In this document: in pieces, positions 1 to 10,758 of the stretch | Layout of the letters: every line of letters begins with the position of its first letter | Numbering within the stretch: position 1 is the stretch's first letter | From: a virus | Lineage: Duplodnaviria > Heunggongvirae > Uroviricota > Caudoviricetes | Direction: 5' to 3' (one strand) | DNA: 64,000 nucleotides | IMG/VR virus record: IMGVR_UViG_3300020061_000005 | Notes under the pieces: generated by a model | Told to the model about the DNA's origin: nothing | What the model saw: the letters and a program-made list of their open reading frames with translations, nothing else | Database searches by the model: none | Translations under genes and position numbers: made by a program

Positions 1-3000
1 GACGGCTACAACATCCTGGCAGCCGGCACCCAGACGGCAGCAAGCGCCACGACGGTCAACTTCGCCAACTCCAATGGCATCACCTTCGGGATGTCCGGCT
101 CCGCGCAGATCACCGCGAGCCATAACGGCCTCACCTCGCAGAGCGCACAGGCGTTCTCTGCGGCGAATGGCTCCAGCGCTTTCCAGACCCTGAGTTTTGG
201 CGACAGCAACGGTCTGTCCTTCTCGGTATCCAACGGCTCGATCGTCGGCTCGTATGACCAGACGAACCAAACGGTGGGCTTCTACGGGGTGAGCAACACG
301 ACCGGGGATGCGAGCGCAGGCACCTTCGATGCCCGTACCTTGAGCATCCAGGGCGCCGGCATTGCCTCGGTGGGCATGTCCAACGGCTCAGTCATCATTT
401 CGGTCCCGGCAGGCGGTGGCGGTGGGGATGGAGCGAACATCCTGGCGGCTGGCACGCAGACCGCGACCAGCCTGGGCACCGTCGTCTTCTCGAACTCCAA
501 CGGCATCAGCTTCGGCATGTCGGGCTCGACGCGCATCACTGCAAGCGTTGCCGCGCAGACCATCGGTGTCTACGCAGTCTCGAACTCCACGCAGGGCTCC
601 TCGGGCACAGTGGATGCGCGCACCTTAAGCATTCAAGGCGCGGGTATCGCCTCGATCGGCTTCTCGAACGGCTCGTTGATCGTCTCCGTCCCCGCAGGTG
701 GTGGTGTGGGCGATGGTGGCAACATCATCATCGCCGGCACGCAAACCGCGGTGACGCTGGGCTCGGTATCATTCGCGGACTCCAACGGGATCAGCTTCGG
801 GCTCTCTGGATCCACGCGGCTGACCGCCTCTCACAACGGGCTGACCAGCCAAAGCAACCAGGCGCTCTCCGCAGCGAATGGCAGCTTTGCCTTCCAGACG
901 GCGAGCTTCAGCAATGCCAATGGCGTGTCCTTCGGCACCTCGGCCGGGTCTGCCATCACGGCCTCGGTGGCCGCGCAGACGGCGCAAACCGTGGGCTTGT
1001 ACGCCTCTTCGAATACGACGGGGCAGAGTTCCAGCAGCACGGTGGATGCACGCTCTTTGTCGATCCGCGGGGTGGGCAACATCTCGGTTGGCCTGTCAGG
1101 CGGGCAAATCATCATCTCTGGATCTGGCGGTGGCGGCGGTGGGGTCAACCTCTCGGCGGGTGCCAACAGCATCAGCAACGCGCTGGTGGTGTTCAGCAAT
1201 GCCAATGGTGTGAGCTTTGCGCTCAACGGCTCGACCATCACCGCATCCCATGACGGACTGACCTCGCAGTCGAATCAAGCGCTGTCGGCCGCCAATGGCT
1301 CATTCGCCTTCCAGACCGCCAACTTCTCCAATGCGAACGGGATCAGCTTTGGTACGTCCGCAGGTTCGGCGATCACGGCCTCGCACAACGCTCTGACGAC
1401 CGCTGCGCAGTCAAACCACAGCCATGGCAACCCTACCCTGGCGCTCACGAATCTCACGGGCACCACGGCCTCGGCAAGCAATGGCCTGACGCTCTCGCTG
1501 TCCGCGGCGGCGGCGGGTAGCCTGAACCTCTCGGCAGGCACCACCAGCAACAACCTGACGGCGGTCACGTTCTCGAACTCGAACGGGATCAGTTTCGGGA
1601 TGAATGGTTCGACGATGACGGCGAGCCACAACGCTGCCACCTCGAACCACTCGCACGGCAATCCGACGCTGGCGCTGACCAACCTGACCGGCACCACGGC
1701 GAGTGCCAGCAACGGCTTCACGCTCTCGCTAAGTGCCGCGGCGGCCGGCGGGGCGAACTCGTTCACGGTCTACGCGCTCTCCAACACGACCGTGAACTCC
1801 TCGGGCACGATCGCCGCCTCGGCTCTATCGATGCGTGCGTACGGCGTGCTCTCGATCGGCACCAGCAATGGCTCGCTGTTGTTCAGCACGCCAGATCCGG
1901 AGGAGTTCACGCAACTGTCGGTCGGCTTCTCGACCAACGGCAACACGGCGGGCAACACCGGCCTGGTGACCGGGCAGATGGTCCTGGCCGGCGGCGCGAA
2001 CATCACGCTCTCCGGCTCGACCAACGGCAACTCCATGACGGTGAGCGTGATCGGTGGGGCTGGCGGTGGTGGCGGTGGCGTCGGAGTCTCCGCGGGTACG
2101 CAGTCCGTCTCCACCGGAACGATGGTCTTCAGCAACTCGAACAACGTCTCGTTCGGGATGTCCGGCAGCTCCAGGATCACGGCGAGCGCCGTGGTGAATG
2201 TGTCCGGCGGCACCACCAGCAACAATCTCTCGGCGATCGTCTTCTCCAATTCCAACGGCATCTCCTTCGGGATGAATGGGTCGACCATGACGGCCTCCGT
2301 GGGGGCTGGTGGAGCAGCTGGCTCGATCTCAGCCGGTACGACCAGCGTGGGTCTTGGCCAGGTGGTGTTCTCGAACTCCAACGGGGTGTCCTTCGGCCTC
2401 AATGGTTCGACCATCACGGCCAGCGCCGCCGCCGCTGGTGTTGCAACCCTCTCGGTGTTCGGCACCAGCAACACGACGGTCAACAGCTCGGGCAGCTTCG
2501 ATGCGCGCTCCCTGACGATTCGCGCCTACGGCATCGTCTCTATCGGTACTTCGAACGGCTCGTTGCTGCTGTCGAGTCCGGATGCGGTCGATTTCACCCA
2601 ACTCTCCGTGGGCTTCTCCACAAACGGCAATACCGCAGGCAATACCGGACTGTTCACGGGTCGCGTCGTATTCGCGGGCGGCGCCAACATCACTCTGTCT
2701 GGCAGCTCCAACGGCAACTCGGCCACGATCTCGGTCATCGGCGGGGCTGGCGGCGGCGGTGGCGGCGTGGCGGTGTCGGCTGGAACACAGTCAGTGTCGA
2801 CGGGGACGCTGGTGTTCTCGAACAGCAACGGCATCGAGTTCGGGATGAGCGGCTCCAGTCGCATCACGGCGAACGCGACGTTGGACATGTACGCCAACGG
2901 CAACACGACCGGGCAATCCAGCTCGACCTCGCGCTCCATCCAGTCGGTGTTGTTCAACGGCCAGGGCGGTGTGTCGGTCGGCTACTCGGTGGGATCGGGG

Positions 3001-3708
3001 CTCGTCATCTCCGGGCCTGCGGTCTCCAGCCTCTCGGCGACCGGGCAGGTGTCGATCAGCGTCAACGGCAGCACGATCAGCATCGGCGTGCCCAGCCCGG
3101 TGACCAACACCAACGGGTATTTCCCCTATGGCGATCTGCAACTGACCACAGCGCAGGTGGGTCAAGCGTCTTTGTTGTTCGATCCGCAGAGCTTCGACAA
3201 TGTCGCCTTTGATCGCGTCCTGTTCCCGGTTTTCAACACCAACGCGACCAACAGCAGCGGATCCCACACTGTTTCGATCTGGATGGGCCTCTACAGTCGC
3301 AATGTGTCGACGCTCTCATTGGTGGGTAGCACCTCGGGGTCATTCGCAGCAACGCACTCCGGAACGGTGGGTAGTTACTCGCTGTTCTCCGGCATCAGGC
3401 ACTTCTCGGTGGGCAGCACTGCGACCGTCACTGCTGGCAAGTACTGGATGGCTGTCGTGTCGCGTAGCACTTCCGGTGGCGCGGATGGCACGTACGGCAA
3501 CGTGGTGCCATCGAACATGACCAGTGCACCTTTCTTCGGCATCTTCGGCTCTTCGGTGAATGCATCGCGGCAGTTCACGTTGGGCCAGGGATACTACAGC
3601 GCGACCACTAGCGGCATGCCAGCGAGCGTGGCGTTCAGCCAGATCGTTGGTAACAACGGTGGAGCGGTGCAACCCCAGGCTTTGTTGTTCGCTAACTCAA
3701 CTATTTGA
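1..3708 (+). CDS. Repetitive Ser/Gly/Thr/Asn-rich tail fibre/adhesin-like protein, 5'-partial
   Basis: Reading frame is open from nt 1, so the start lies upstream. About 14 degenerate repeats of the GISFGMSGSTRITAS...GGGGG type, then a non-repetitive C-terminal ~230 aa. High GC3. Confidence 0.6.
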   Translation, partial: DGYNILAAGTQTAASATTVNFANSNGITFGMSGSAQITASHNGLTSQSAQAFSAANGSSAFQTLSFGDSNGLSFSVSNGSIVGSYDQTNQTVGFYGVSNTTGDASAGTFDARTLSIQGAGIASVGMSNGSVIISVPAGGGGGDGANILAAGTQTATSLGTVVFSNSNGISFGMSGSTRITASVAAQTIGVYAVSNSTQGSSGTVDARTLSIQGAGIASIGFSNGSLIVSVPAGGGVGDGGNIIIAGTQTAVTLGSVSFADSNGISFGLSGSTRLTASHNGLTSQSNQALSAANGSFAFQTASFSNANGVSFGTSAGSAITASVAAQTAQTVGLYASSNTTGQSSSSTVDARSLSIRGVGNISVGLSGGQIIISGSGGGGGGVNLSAGANSISNALVVFSNANGVSFALNGSTITASHDGLTSQSNQALSAANGSFAFQTANFSNANGISFGTSAGSAITASHNALTTAAQSNHSHGNPTLALTNLTGTTASASNGLTLSLSAAAAGSLNLSAGTTSNNLTAVTFSNSNGISFGMNGSTMTASHNAATSNHSHGNPTLALTNLTGTTASASNGFTLSLSAAAAGGANSFTVYALSNTTVNSSGTIAASALSMRAYGVLSIGTSNGSLLFSTPDPEEFTQLSVGFSTNGNTAGNTGLVTGQMVLAGGANITLSGSTNGNSMTVSVIGGAGGGGGGVGVSAGTQSVSTGTMVFSNSNNVSFGMSGSSRITASAVVNVSGGTTSNNLSAIVFSNSNGISFGMNGSTMTASVGAGGAAGSISAGTTSVGLGQVVFSNSNGVSFGLNGSTITASAAAAGVATLSVFGTSNTTVNSSGSFDARSLTIRAYGIVSIGTSNGSLLLSSPDAVDFTQLSVGFSTNGNTAGNTGLFTGRVVFAGGANITLSGSSNGNSATISVIGGAGGGGGGVAVSAGTQSVSTGTLVFSNSNGIEFGMSGSSRITANATLDMYANGNTTGQSSSTSRSIQSVLFNGQGGVSVGYSVGSGLVISGPAVSSLSATGQVSISVNGSTISIGVPSPVTNTNGYFPYGDLQLTTAQVGQASLLFDPQSFDNVAFDRVLFPVFNTNATNSSGSHTVSIWMGLYSRNVSTLSLVGSTSGSFAATHSGTVGSYSLFSGIRHFSVGSTATVTAGKYWMAVVSRSTSGGADGTYGNVVPSNMTSAPFFGIFGSSVNASRQFTLGQGYYSATTSGMPASVAFSQIVGNNGGAVQPQALLFANSTI
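60..2900 (+). repeat. In-frame degenerate tandem DNA repeats inside the fibre gene
   Basis: Recurring aacggcatcagcttcggc...ggtggcggtgg units. Unit boundaries are approximate. Confidence 0.5.
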
Positions 3709-3721
3709 GGGAGACTACTTA

Positions 3722-4009
3722 ATGAAATTTCTGATAGCCATCACATCCGTGGATCTGCTGGCGCTTCCAGGTCAAATCGTGGTGCGCGGGGACATGTACG
3801 ACAGCGCTGGCGCCACGATCAATGGATATGGGCAAGTGGCGATCAGCGATCTGAAGGTAACAGAACAGTTGGTGGCTGCTGTCGTGGAGGGCCTCAGCGC
3901 AAGCTGGTCTGCCTACCCGGTATTGCCGACTGACGAATTCTTCGTCACAGGGCAGCAGTACGTGGATTTTGACGGCCCACTGGTTCGCGGGCTTGTGCGC
4001 GCGCCATAA
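3722..4009 (+). CDS. Hypothetical small protein (95 aa)
   Basis: ATG preceded by a GGAG RBS. It is internal to the longer track ORF 3560..4009. Confidence 0.45.
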   Translation: MKFLIAITSVDLLALPGQIVVRGDMYDSAGATINGYGQVAISDLKVTEQLVAAVVEGLSASWSAYPVLPTDEFFVTGQQYVDFDGPLVRGLVRAP

Positions 4010-4026
4010 ACAACTTCAGTGTGTAA

Positions 4027-5424
4027 ATGGCCAATGTCTACAAGATCGGCAGCAACATCATCCGCCTCGCTGGAGGGGGCGGATCTGTCTTTGGCACGCC
4101 ATCAGGCACCTTCCCGCTCTCGATCAGTGGCCGGCACCTGCAGACTGCCTCTGGTAGCCCCTTCCTGCTGATTGGCGATGCGCTGTGGTCTCTGGAAGTA
4201 CAGGCGAGCTTGGCGCAGATCACCACCATCCTCACGAACCGCGCGGCCAAGGGCTACACCTGCTTCGTGATGGAGGCGTTCGAGCGGCTGTACAGCGACT
4301 CCACGCCGCCGTGGGCGAACGTCAACGGCAACATCCCCTTCACCACGACCAATAACTCCGGCTCGATGACCTGGACGGCCCACACCGAAGCGTATTGGGT
4401 CTTCCTTGATCACATCGTGAACACGGCTAAGGCGCTAGGGATGGCGGTGATCATCAATCCCGCGTACGCCGGTTACGCTGGCACGGCCAGCACCGATGGT
4501 TGGATGACCGCCATGAATGCCGCCTCGGATGCTGACCTGCAGAGCCACGGCGTCTTCCTCGCCAATCGCTACACGCAGGGCAATGTCATCTGGTGCGAGG
4601 GTGGGGATTACGCAGGCGATGCTGGCGTGACGACGCCTGGGGCCGAGCGCGACAAGATGTGGCAGATCATCCTGGGCATTCGCTCGGTGCGCACCACGGA
4701 TCTGGTGACCGGCCACACCGCGCGCAGCGGCAACACCGGGGCGACCACCGATGGCGATGCGTATGTCGCGTGGAGCACCTACACCGGCTTCAACCTGCCG
4801 AACATCTACGGCAAGTCCGATGCGACGGATACCTATTCGCTCGCTGCGACGGCCTACGCGCGCGGTCTGCCGTTCTTCATGATCGAAGGACCGTACGAGA
4901 ACGATGCCAGCAACAACACCTCGGAGTTCATGCGCAAGGCCATGTGGCAGGCCATGCTCTCGGGTAGCTGCGGTGCGCTGGGCGGCAACTGGCCGCGCTG
5001 GGCGGTTGGCGCAACAGCCGCCGATGGTGCGGGCGTGGCCGACTGCATCACCAATCACCTCAATACGCAGGGCGACACCGACTGCAGCAGCATGGTCGCG
5101 CTGTTATCGTCCTATAACTGGTCGGGGCTGGTGCCGAAGACCGATACCAGCCTGATCACCACGAGTCTGGGGAGCGCCGCTTCGCGCATCTGCGGTGCGC
5201 TCATCGGCAGTTCGGCTGCGCTGATCTACACCCCGGCTGGCGGGTTCACCGTGGCGATGACCGTGTTTGCGCAAGGCAGCGTCCGTGCGCGCTGGTTCGA
5301 CCCGATGGATGGCTCCTTCGCCAACGTATCCGGCCAACCCTTCGCGAACACTGGTACACACGCCTTCACCACCACCGGCAACAACTCAGGCGGTCGGACC
5401 GACTGGGTTCTGGTACTCGACTAA
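4027..5424 (+). CDS. Putative glycoside hydrolase, GH140/DUF4038-like (tail-associated depolymerase candidate)
   Basis: N-terminal SGRHLQTASGSPFLLIGDALW resembles the DUF4038/GH140 'dGkPFfwlgDTaW' opening. 465 aa. Confidence 0.45.
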   Translation: MANVYKIGSNIIRLAGGGGSVFGTPSGTFPLSISGRHLQTASGSPFLLIGDALWSLEVQASLAQITTILTNRAAKGYTCFVMEAFERLYSDSTPPWANVNGNIPFTTTNNSGSMTWTAHTEAYWVFLDHIVNTAKALGMAVIINPAYAGYAGTASTDGWMTAMNAASDADLQSHGVFLANRYTQGNVIWCEGGDYAGDAGVTTPGAERDKMWQIILGIRSVRTTDLVTGHTARSGNTGATTDGDAYVAWSTYTGFNLPNIYGKSDATDTYSLAATAYARGLPFFMIEGPYENDASNNTSEFMRKAMWQAMLSGSCGALGGNWPRWAVGATAADGAGVADCITNHLNTQGDTDCSSMVALLSSYNWSGLVPKTDTSLITTSLGSAASRICGALIGSSAALIYTPAGGFTVAMTVFAQGSVRARWFDPMDGSFANVSGQPFANTGTHAFTTTGNNSGGRTDWVLVLD

Positions 5425-6599
5425 TGGCTGGAATCTGGAAACGTAGCGGCAACATCCTCGTACCACCAGGTGGCGGCGGACTGTGGACGCCACCTGCTGG
5501 CGGCGGCGGTGGCGGCACGTATTCGCATGGCGATGATGTGGTGCTGACAGATCCATCCATCAGCGGCTCGGCCTGGGCGCAAGCGTTTGCCGGCGGCGCA
5601 CAGGGACCGATTGAGACCACCACGGTGGGACAGATTCCGGCCAATACGCTGGGTGGTGTGAACCCGCAGTCGGCAGCTACCAACCCGACTGATGGACCAG
5701 CCACGACGAACAACTCATGGTCCTGGCGCCGCTTCTCCCAACGACCGATCGTTGCCAACGATGCGACCCGCGGCAAAGTCATTGGTGGTGCTTACAGCGG
5801 CTTCGGCTCCAATCCCGATGTGGCGATGGAGTACCGCTTCCCTGGAACAATCGCCAATGGCGGCAGGGTCTACACCAGCTTCAGGACGAAGGTTAGTTAC
5901 TCCCCTGGCAGCGCTGGCCAACACAAGATCTTGCGCCTGTGTGGTGGTAGTGAGTCGGCCATAGAGGACACGCTGACTAACTTCGTGTTCTCGAACCAAC
6001 AATTCAACGGCTCGGTGTCCATGTTGGCTAACACGGCGAACAGCGGCACCAATCAGCAGACCTGGTACAACACCGACGTTTCTCAGTGGGACGATACGAA
6101 TACCGTGTGGCAGTTCACGGAATTGTTCCTGCAGATGTCCTCTGGCACCGGCGTGCGCGATGGCCAGATCTTCATCCGCAATTTCACCGGCGGCAGTGTC
6201 CCAACGCCAGCGAATCCATCGGCCTTCGACGGCAATGGCAATCCGCTCGCCAACAACCTGAACAGCCAGTGGCTCTCCAGGCCATCGAACAACAGCAGCG
6301 CGTTGATGATGTCGTTCCTCTGGGAGAACTATGTCGGCAACTCCTGGACGGCGGCGAATCTCTTTCAGGATGACTACTACGTAAACACGAGCGACTGGCG
6401 CCGGCTGCAATTATGGAATACTGCCAGCGCAGCAACCGCAACCGTACGCGAAGCTCAGGAGCTGAAGTCACTCGGATCAGGCACGCTGACGTTCCGACTC
6501 AACGAAGGCGGCTTGGCACCAGGGGACTACTACGCAACCCTGCTGGGCAACACCGCTTCGGACTCGATCGTCTACCAAGAACTCATCACGTTGGTGTGA
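5424..6599 (+). CDS. Hypothetical virion protein, Gly-rich N-terminus (fibre-like)
   Basis: ATG overlaps the upstream stop (TAATG). GGGG runs in the N-terminal region. Confidence 0.5.
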   Translation: MAGIWKRSGNILVPPGGGGLWTPPAGGGGGGTYSHGDDVVLTDPSISGSAWAQAFAGGAQGPIETTTVGQIPANTLGGVNPQSAATNPTDGPATTNNSWSWRRFSQRPIVANDATRGKVIGGAYSGFGSNPDVAMEYRFPGTIANGGRVYTSFRTKVSYSPGSAGQHKILRLCGGSESAIEDTLTNFVFSNQQFNGSVSMLANTANSGTNQQTWYNTDVSQWDDTNTVWQFTELFLQMSSGTGVRDGQIFIRNFTGGSVPTPANPSAFDGNGNPLANNLNSQWLSRPSNNSSALMMSFLWENYVGNSWTAANLFQDDYYVNTSDWRRLQLWNTASAATATVREAQELKSLGSGTLTFRLNEGGLAPGDYYATLLGNTASDSIVYQELITLV

Positions 6600-6600
6600 T

Positions 6601-7194
6601 ATGGCACTTCCGGCACAAGACAACATGACCGGCACGGAGGGGCAGGGCCTCGCTGTGTACAACCCCAATTGGACGATTGGGCTGGGTGGTTTCACGATCG
6701 ATCAGTTCCCCACGCAGGCGTTGGGGCCGAATGATGCTGCTGACAGCTATGCATGGTGGAACGCAGACGTTTTCCCGAACAGTCAGTACGCGCAATGCCT
6801 CATGCAAGCGCTCGCGGCGGCAGATGCATGGATCGGTGTGGCGGTTCGCTGCAGCCCTGGCGGAAATTTTGTCTTTGCCTACTCCGACAACGTGAACGCA
6901 TACTTCGGCAAGTTCGTGGCTGGGGTGGAGACGCTGTTCCCAGCATCGCCGTTGGCGCCGTGGGCACCAGGGGACGTCCCGCGGTTGGAGTCAGTCGGCA
7001 CACTCATGACGCTCAAGCTGAACGGCGGAACGATCGCCACCGCTACCGCCGCTGATGCAGCCCTGGCTACTGGCGCTGGTGGTGTGTCTGGCTACGGTAA
7101 TCTGTACAGCGCGAACAACATCCGCCTCTGGGAAGCCGGATCTCTTGGCGGCGGCGGAAGCGGTGGCGGACCAATTGCATGGCTCAGGGCTTAA
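6601..7194 (+). CDS. Hypothetical protein
   Basis: ORF immediately downstream with a GGGGSGGG C-terminal tail. Confidence 0.45.
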   Translation: MALPAQDNMTGTEGQGLAVYNPNWTIGLGGFTIDQFPTQALGPNDAADSYAWWNADVFPNSQYAQCLMQALAAADAWIGVAVRCSPGGNFVFAYSDNVNAYFGKFVAGVETLFPASPLAPWAPGDVPRLESVGTLMTLKLNGGTIATATAADAALATGAGGVSGYGNLYSANNIRLWEAGSLGGGGSGGGPIAWLRA

Positions 7195-7206
7195 ACACAG
7201 GCACGT

Positions 7207-7941
7207 ATGAAACCACAGCTCGTTAACTTCGATGGCGGCCAGCACAACGCGGACCTGCCGAAATCCTCGCAACGCATCCTGGAGGGCGGCTCCTGGAAGA
7301 AGCAGCGAGTGATTGTCCTGTTGCCATCGGCGGCGACGATTCCAACGAAGGTAGCCTTCTCGCATTGGTCCCTCGCCTTTCCACCGAACCAGTCGGTGCA
7401 TAGGATGCTCGCACTCGGCATGGAGGTCGGGGATGCGTACAGCAACGCGATTGCGGAGATCATTGCGCACCCGGATCTGAGCCAGTGGGAATACATCCTC
7501 ACGATCGAGGCGGATAATTGCCCGCCAGGGGATGGTCTGGTGAAGCTGATCAAGCAGATGGAAGCGCATCCGGAGTTCGCCTGCATCGGCGGGCTCTACT
7601 GGTGCAAGGGGCCGGATGGGTGCCCGCACATTTGGGGTGATGTGAAAGATCCGCAGCTGAACTATCGACCGCAGGTGCCGATCCCAAACCAACTGGTGGA
7701 GTGCGTGGGCACCTCGATGGGATTCAACCTGTGGCGAATGTCGATGTTCAAGGACGCACGGTTACGTCGACCGTGGTTCGCCACGCTCGATGGCTCAGAG
7801 GGCAAGGGCATCGGCACGCAGGATCTGTATGCGTGGTCTGACTTTAGAAAATACGGCTATCGCTGCGCGGTCGACTGCGGGGTGCTGGTGGGGCACTACG
7901 ATCATGAAGGAAAGTTCGGCTTGCCGGACACAATGTGGTAA
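7207..7941 (+). CDS. Putative GT-A fold glycosyltransferase
   Basis: An acidic EAD/DxD-like motif sits in EYILTIEADNCPPGDGLV. Overall layout resembles family-2-like glycosyltransferases. Confidence 0.4.
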   Translation: MKPQLVNFDGGQHNADLPKSSQRILEGGSWKKQRVIVLLPSAATIPTKVAFSHWSLAFPPNQSVHRMLALGMEVGDAYSNAIAEIIAHPDLSQWEYILTIEADNCPPGDGLVKLIKQMEAHPEFACIGGLYWCKGPDGCPHIWGDVKDPQLNYRPQVPIPNQLVECVGTSMGFNLWRMSMFKDARLRRPWFATLDGSEGKGIGTQDLYAWSDFRKYGYRCAVDCGVLVGHYDHEGKFGLPDTMW

Positions 7942-7955
7942 CCAAAGAGGTACGT

Positions 7956-8957
7956 ATGAAGATACTCGTCACAGGCGGCGCCGGATTTATCGGCCATCAT
8001 TTCGTGGAAGCTTTGCTTAAGCACACGGATTACGACATCACGCTTGTCGATCGGCTGGACAGCTCCGGGAACCTGAATCGCCTGGCCGAGATCGGCGCAG
8101 CGAAGAACAAGCGTGTGCGCTTCGTCTACCACGACCTGCGAGCGCCGCTGAACGATCAGCTCTGTGCACAGATCGGTGCCCACGAGCACATCGTGCACCT
8201 GGCGGCCGGCACGCATGTCGATCGCAGCATCGAGAACCCGATGGAATTCGTGCTCGATAACGTCGTGGCCACCACCAACATGCTCGACTTCGCACGCAAG
8301 GTGGGTTGCGCGAAGTTCATCAACTTCTCCACCGATGAGGTATTCGGTCCGGCGCCCAAGGGCGTTGCGTACAAGGAGGATGACCGCTACAACGCTGGCA
8401 ACCCCTACGCTGCCACCAAGGCCGGTGCGGCGCAGCTCGGTGTCGCCTACCACAACACGTACGGCCTGCCTGTGATCACGACCCACACGATGAACGTGGT
8501 TGGCGAGCGCCAGCATCCAGAAAAGTTTGTACCGATGGTGATCGCGAAGGTGCAGGCCGGGGATCTGGTGACCATCCATGCGGATGCGAAGCGCTCAACC
8601 CCTGGATCGCGCTTCTACATCCATGCGCGCAACGTCGCCTCTGCGGTGCTGTTTCTGCTGGATGGCGGCAGACCGGGTGAGAAGTACAACATCGTGGGCG
8701 AGCGCGAGGTGAACAACCTGGAGCTGGCGCAGATCATCGCAGGCTACATCGGCAAGGATCTGATCGCGGAGCTGGTGGACTTCCATTCCAGCCGGCCAGG
8801 CCACGACCTGCGCTATGCGCTCGATGGCAGCAAGCTCAAAAAGCTCGGCTGGGTGCCGGACAGCTCGATCGATCAGGGCATCAAGGAAATCGTGCAGTGG
8901 ACGCTAGAAAATCCGCATTGGCTGGTGACGCTCCCAGCGACGAAGGTGGCAGCATGA
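7956..8957 (+). CDS. NAD-dependent epimerase/dehydratase, dTDP-glucose 4,6-dehydratase (RfbB)-like
   Basis: GGAGFIGHHF Rossmann motif, STDEVFG, and YAATKAGAAQLGVAYHNTYGLPVITT (YxxxK). AAGAGG RBS before the ATG at 7956. Confidence 0.75.
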   Translation: MKILVTGGAGFIGHHFVEALLKHTDYDITLVDRLDSSGNLNRLAEIGAAKNKRVRFVYHDLRAPLNDQLCAQIGAHEHIVHLAAGTHVDRSIENPMEFVLDNVVATTNMLDFARKVGCAKFINFSTDEVFGPAPKGVAYKEDDRYNAGNPYAATKAGAAQLGVAYHNTYGLPVITTHTMNVVGERQHPEKFVPMVIAKVQAGDLVTIHADAKRSTPGSRFYIHARNVASAVLFLLDGGRPGEKYNIVGEREVNNLELAQIIAGYIGKDLIAELVDFHSSRPGHDLRYALDGSKLKKLGWVPDSSIDQGIKEIVQWTLENPHWLVTLPATKVAA

Positions 8958-9631
8958 GCACCGTAGCAGAGTCGGTGAGCACCGCGATAAACACGCCGAT
9001 CAAGCTCGATATCGGTTGCGGCAAGAACAAGAAGGAAGGCTTCATCGGAATCGACATCTACGACTTTCCCGGTGTGGATATCGTGGCGGACGTACGACGC
9101 AAAACGTGGCTGGCCACACAAGTGCCGGAGGAGCTGAAGGCGCGGATGATCGAAGATGACGGCGAGGATGAGCCGAATGAGTTGGAGGTCATCGCCTGGC
9201 GCTTCCCGGACAACTCGGTGGACGAAGCTCACGCCAGTCACTTCCTGGAGCACCTGACCAACTTCGGCGACAAGTGGGAGCGAGTGAACTTCTTCAACGA
9301 GCTGTACCGCATCCTGAAGCTCGGCGCGCAGGCGTCGCTGATCTTCCCGCATTGGGCATCGAATCGTTACTACGGCGATCCGACGCACAAGGAGCCATTC
9401 AGCGAGATGGGCTTCTACTACTTGAAGCGCGAGTGGCGGCTGGACCAGGGCAACGCACCGCACTCCGACAGCAGCGTGAATCCCAACGGCTACTCCTGCG
9501 ATTTCGAGGCCACCTGGTCGTACACGCTGCACCCTGGGCTTGCCAACCGGCACGTCGAAACGCAGCAGTTCGCCATCACCTGGGGCAAGGAAGCGGTCCA
9601 GGATATCGTGGCGACACTCACGAAGAGGTGA
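8956..9631 (+). CDS. Class I SAM-dependent methyltransferase
   Basis: LDIGCGKNKKEGFIGIDI (motif I). ATGA overlap with the upstream stop. Confidence 0.65.
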
Positions 9632-9634
9632 TCC

Positions 9635-10411
9635 ATGTCATTTCAGCTCGACGCCTTCCAGAGCGGTGCCTTCCAGGGCCCGTATGTGATCCCTGTAACT
9701 GCCGGCATCATCACCGGTATTTACAGCCAGTTCACGCTGGAGATCGCCGAGCTGTTCGAGGAAGCCTTCGAGCGAGCGCAGCTCTCCCCGATGGCGATCG
9801 GCCAGGAGCACATCAATTCCGCGATGCGCTCGGTGAAGTTCCTGCTCTCGGAGTGGCAGACTTGTGGACTGCGCGATCTGGCCATGAAAAACGGCACCGA
9901 AACGTTGGTGAGCGGCACCAACACCTGGACCATGCCGGTAGGTGCGGTTGACATCTTCGATGCGGTGCTGCACCGGGATGGTAACGACACGCCGATGTAT
10001 CGCATGGCGCGCAAGGAGTACCTGGAGATTGCCACCAAGGTGCAGCGTGGCCGGCCGGATCGCTACTTCGTTGATCGTAAGTACAACCAGAACGTGGTCT
10101 ACCTGTGGCCAACGCCTGAGAATTCGACCGACCAGATCGTGTACGAGTACATGCGCTCGCTCTCCGATCCCGGCCGGCCAGCGAACATCCTGGAGCTGCC
10201 ACCGCACATGCTTGAAGCCTTCGTGGCTGGCCTGGCGATGAAGATCTCGCAGAAATACTCGCGGGACGTTTACCCAGACTTGCGCGTTGACTACGGCGGC
10301 CCGCGCTACCCAGAGGCCATGGGCGGCAAGATTCAGCTTGCTCGCATGGAGAACGGTGAGCGCGCGGACGTGATGTTCTCCTTCGGCTACTCGCGCAGGT
10401 ACGGTCGATGA
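9635..10411 (+). CDS. Hypothetical protein
   Basis: GAGGTG RBS. 258 aa with high GC3. Confidence 0.5.
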   Translation: MSFQLDAFQSGAFQGPYVIPVTAGIITGIYSQFTLEIAELFEEAFERAQLSPMAIGQEHINSAMRSVKFLLSEWQTCGLRDLAMKNGTETLVSGTNTWTMPVGAVDIFDAVLHRDGNDTPMYRMARKEYLEIATKVQRGRPDRYFVDRKYNQNVVYLWPTPENSTDQIVYEYMRSLSDPGRPANILELPPHMLEAFVAGLAMKISQKYSRDVYPDLRVDYGGPRYPEAMGGKIQLARMENGERADVMFSFGYSRRYGR

Positions 10412-10755
10412 GTGTATTCGGTCACCTGTTTCCAATCGCTATCAAGAGGGCTATTTTCATGCTTCACAATGCACAACCACGATTCGCTTACGACTCGGAA
10501 GACGACACGATTCTCGACTACGCCACCAGCAAGTCCTACCCGGCCACCGGGAAGATCGACCTGGTGGATGGCGAGTGGGACCTGGACCTGCTGAAAGACC
10601 TGCTGAAGAAGCAGTTGCCGATCTTCGGCGCCTGGAGCGGTGCGCGCGACAAGGTGGAAACTTCCAACGCGCATTTCATCAACGACAATGATCCACCGCC
10701 GTTCAGTGAGCCGGTGAGCGGCCATAGCACCTCGCCCACAGGGCCAACGGAGTGA
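10408..10755 (+). CDS. Hypothetical protein
   Basis: ATGA-coupled ORF. Confidence 0.45.
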   Translation: MSVFGHLFPIAIKRAIFMLHNAQPRFAYDSEDDTILDYATSKSYPATGKIDLVDGEWDLDLLKDLLKKQLPIFGAWSGARDKVETSNAHFINDNDPPPFSEPVSGHSTSPTGPTE

Positions 10756-10758
10756 TCC

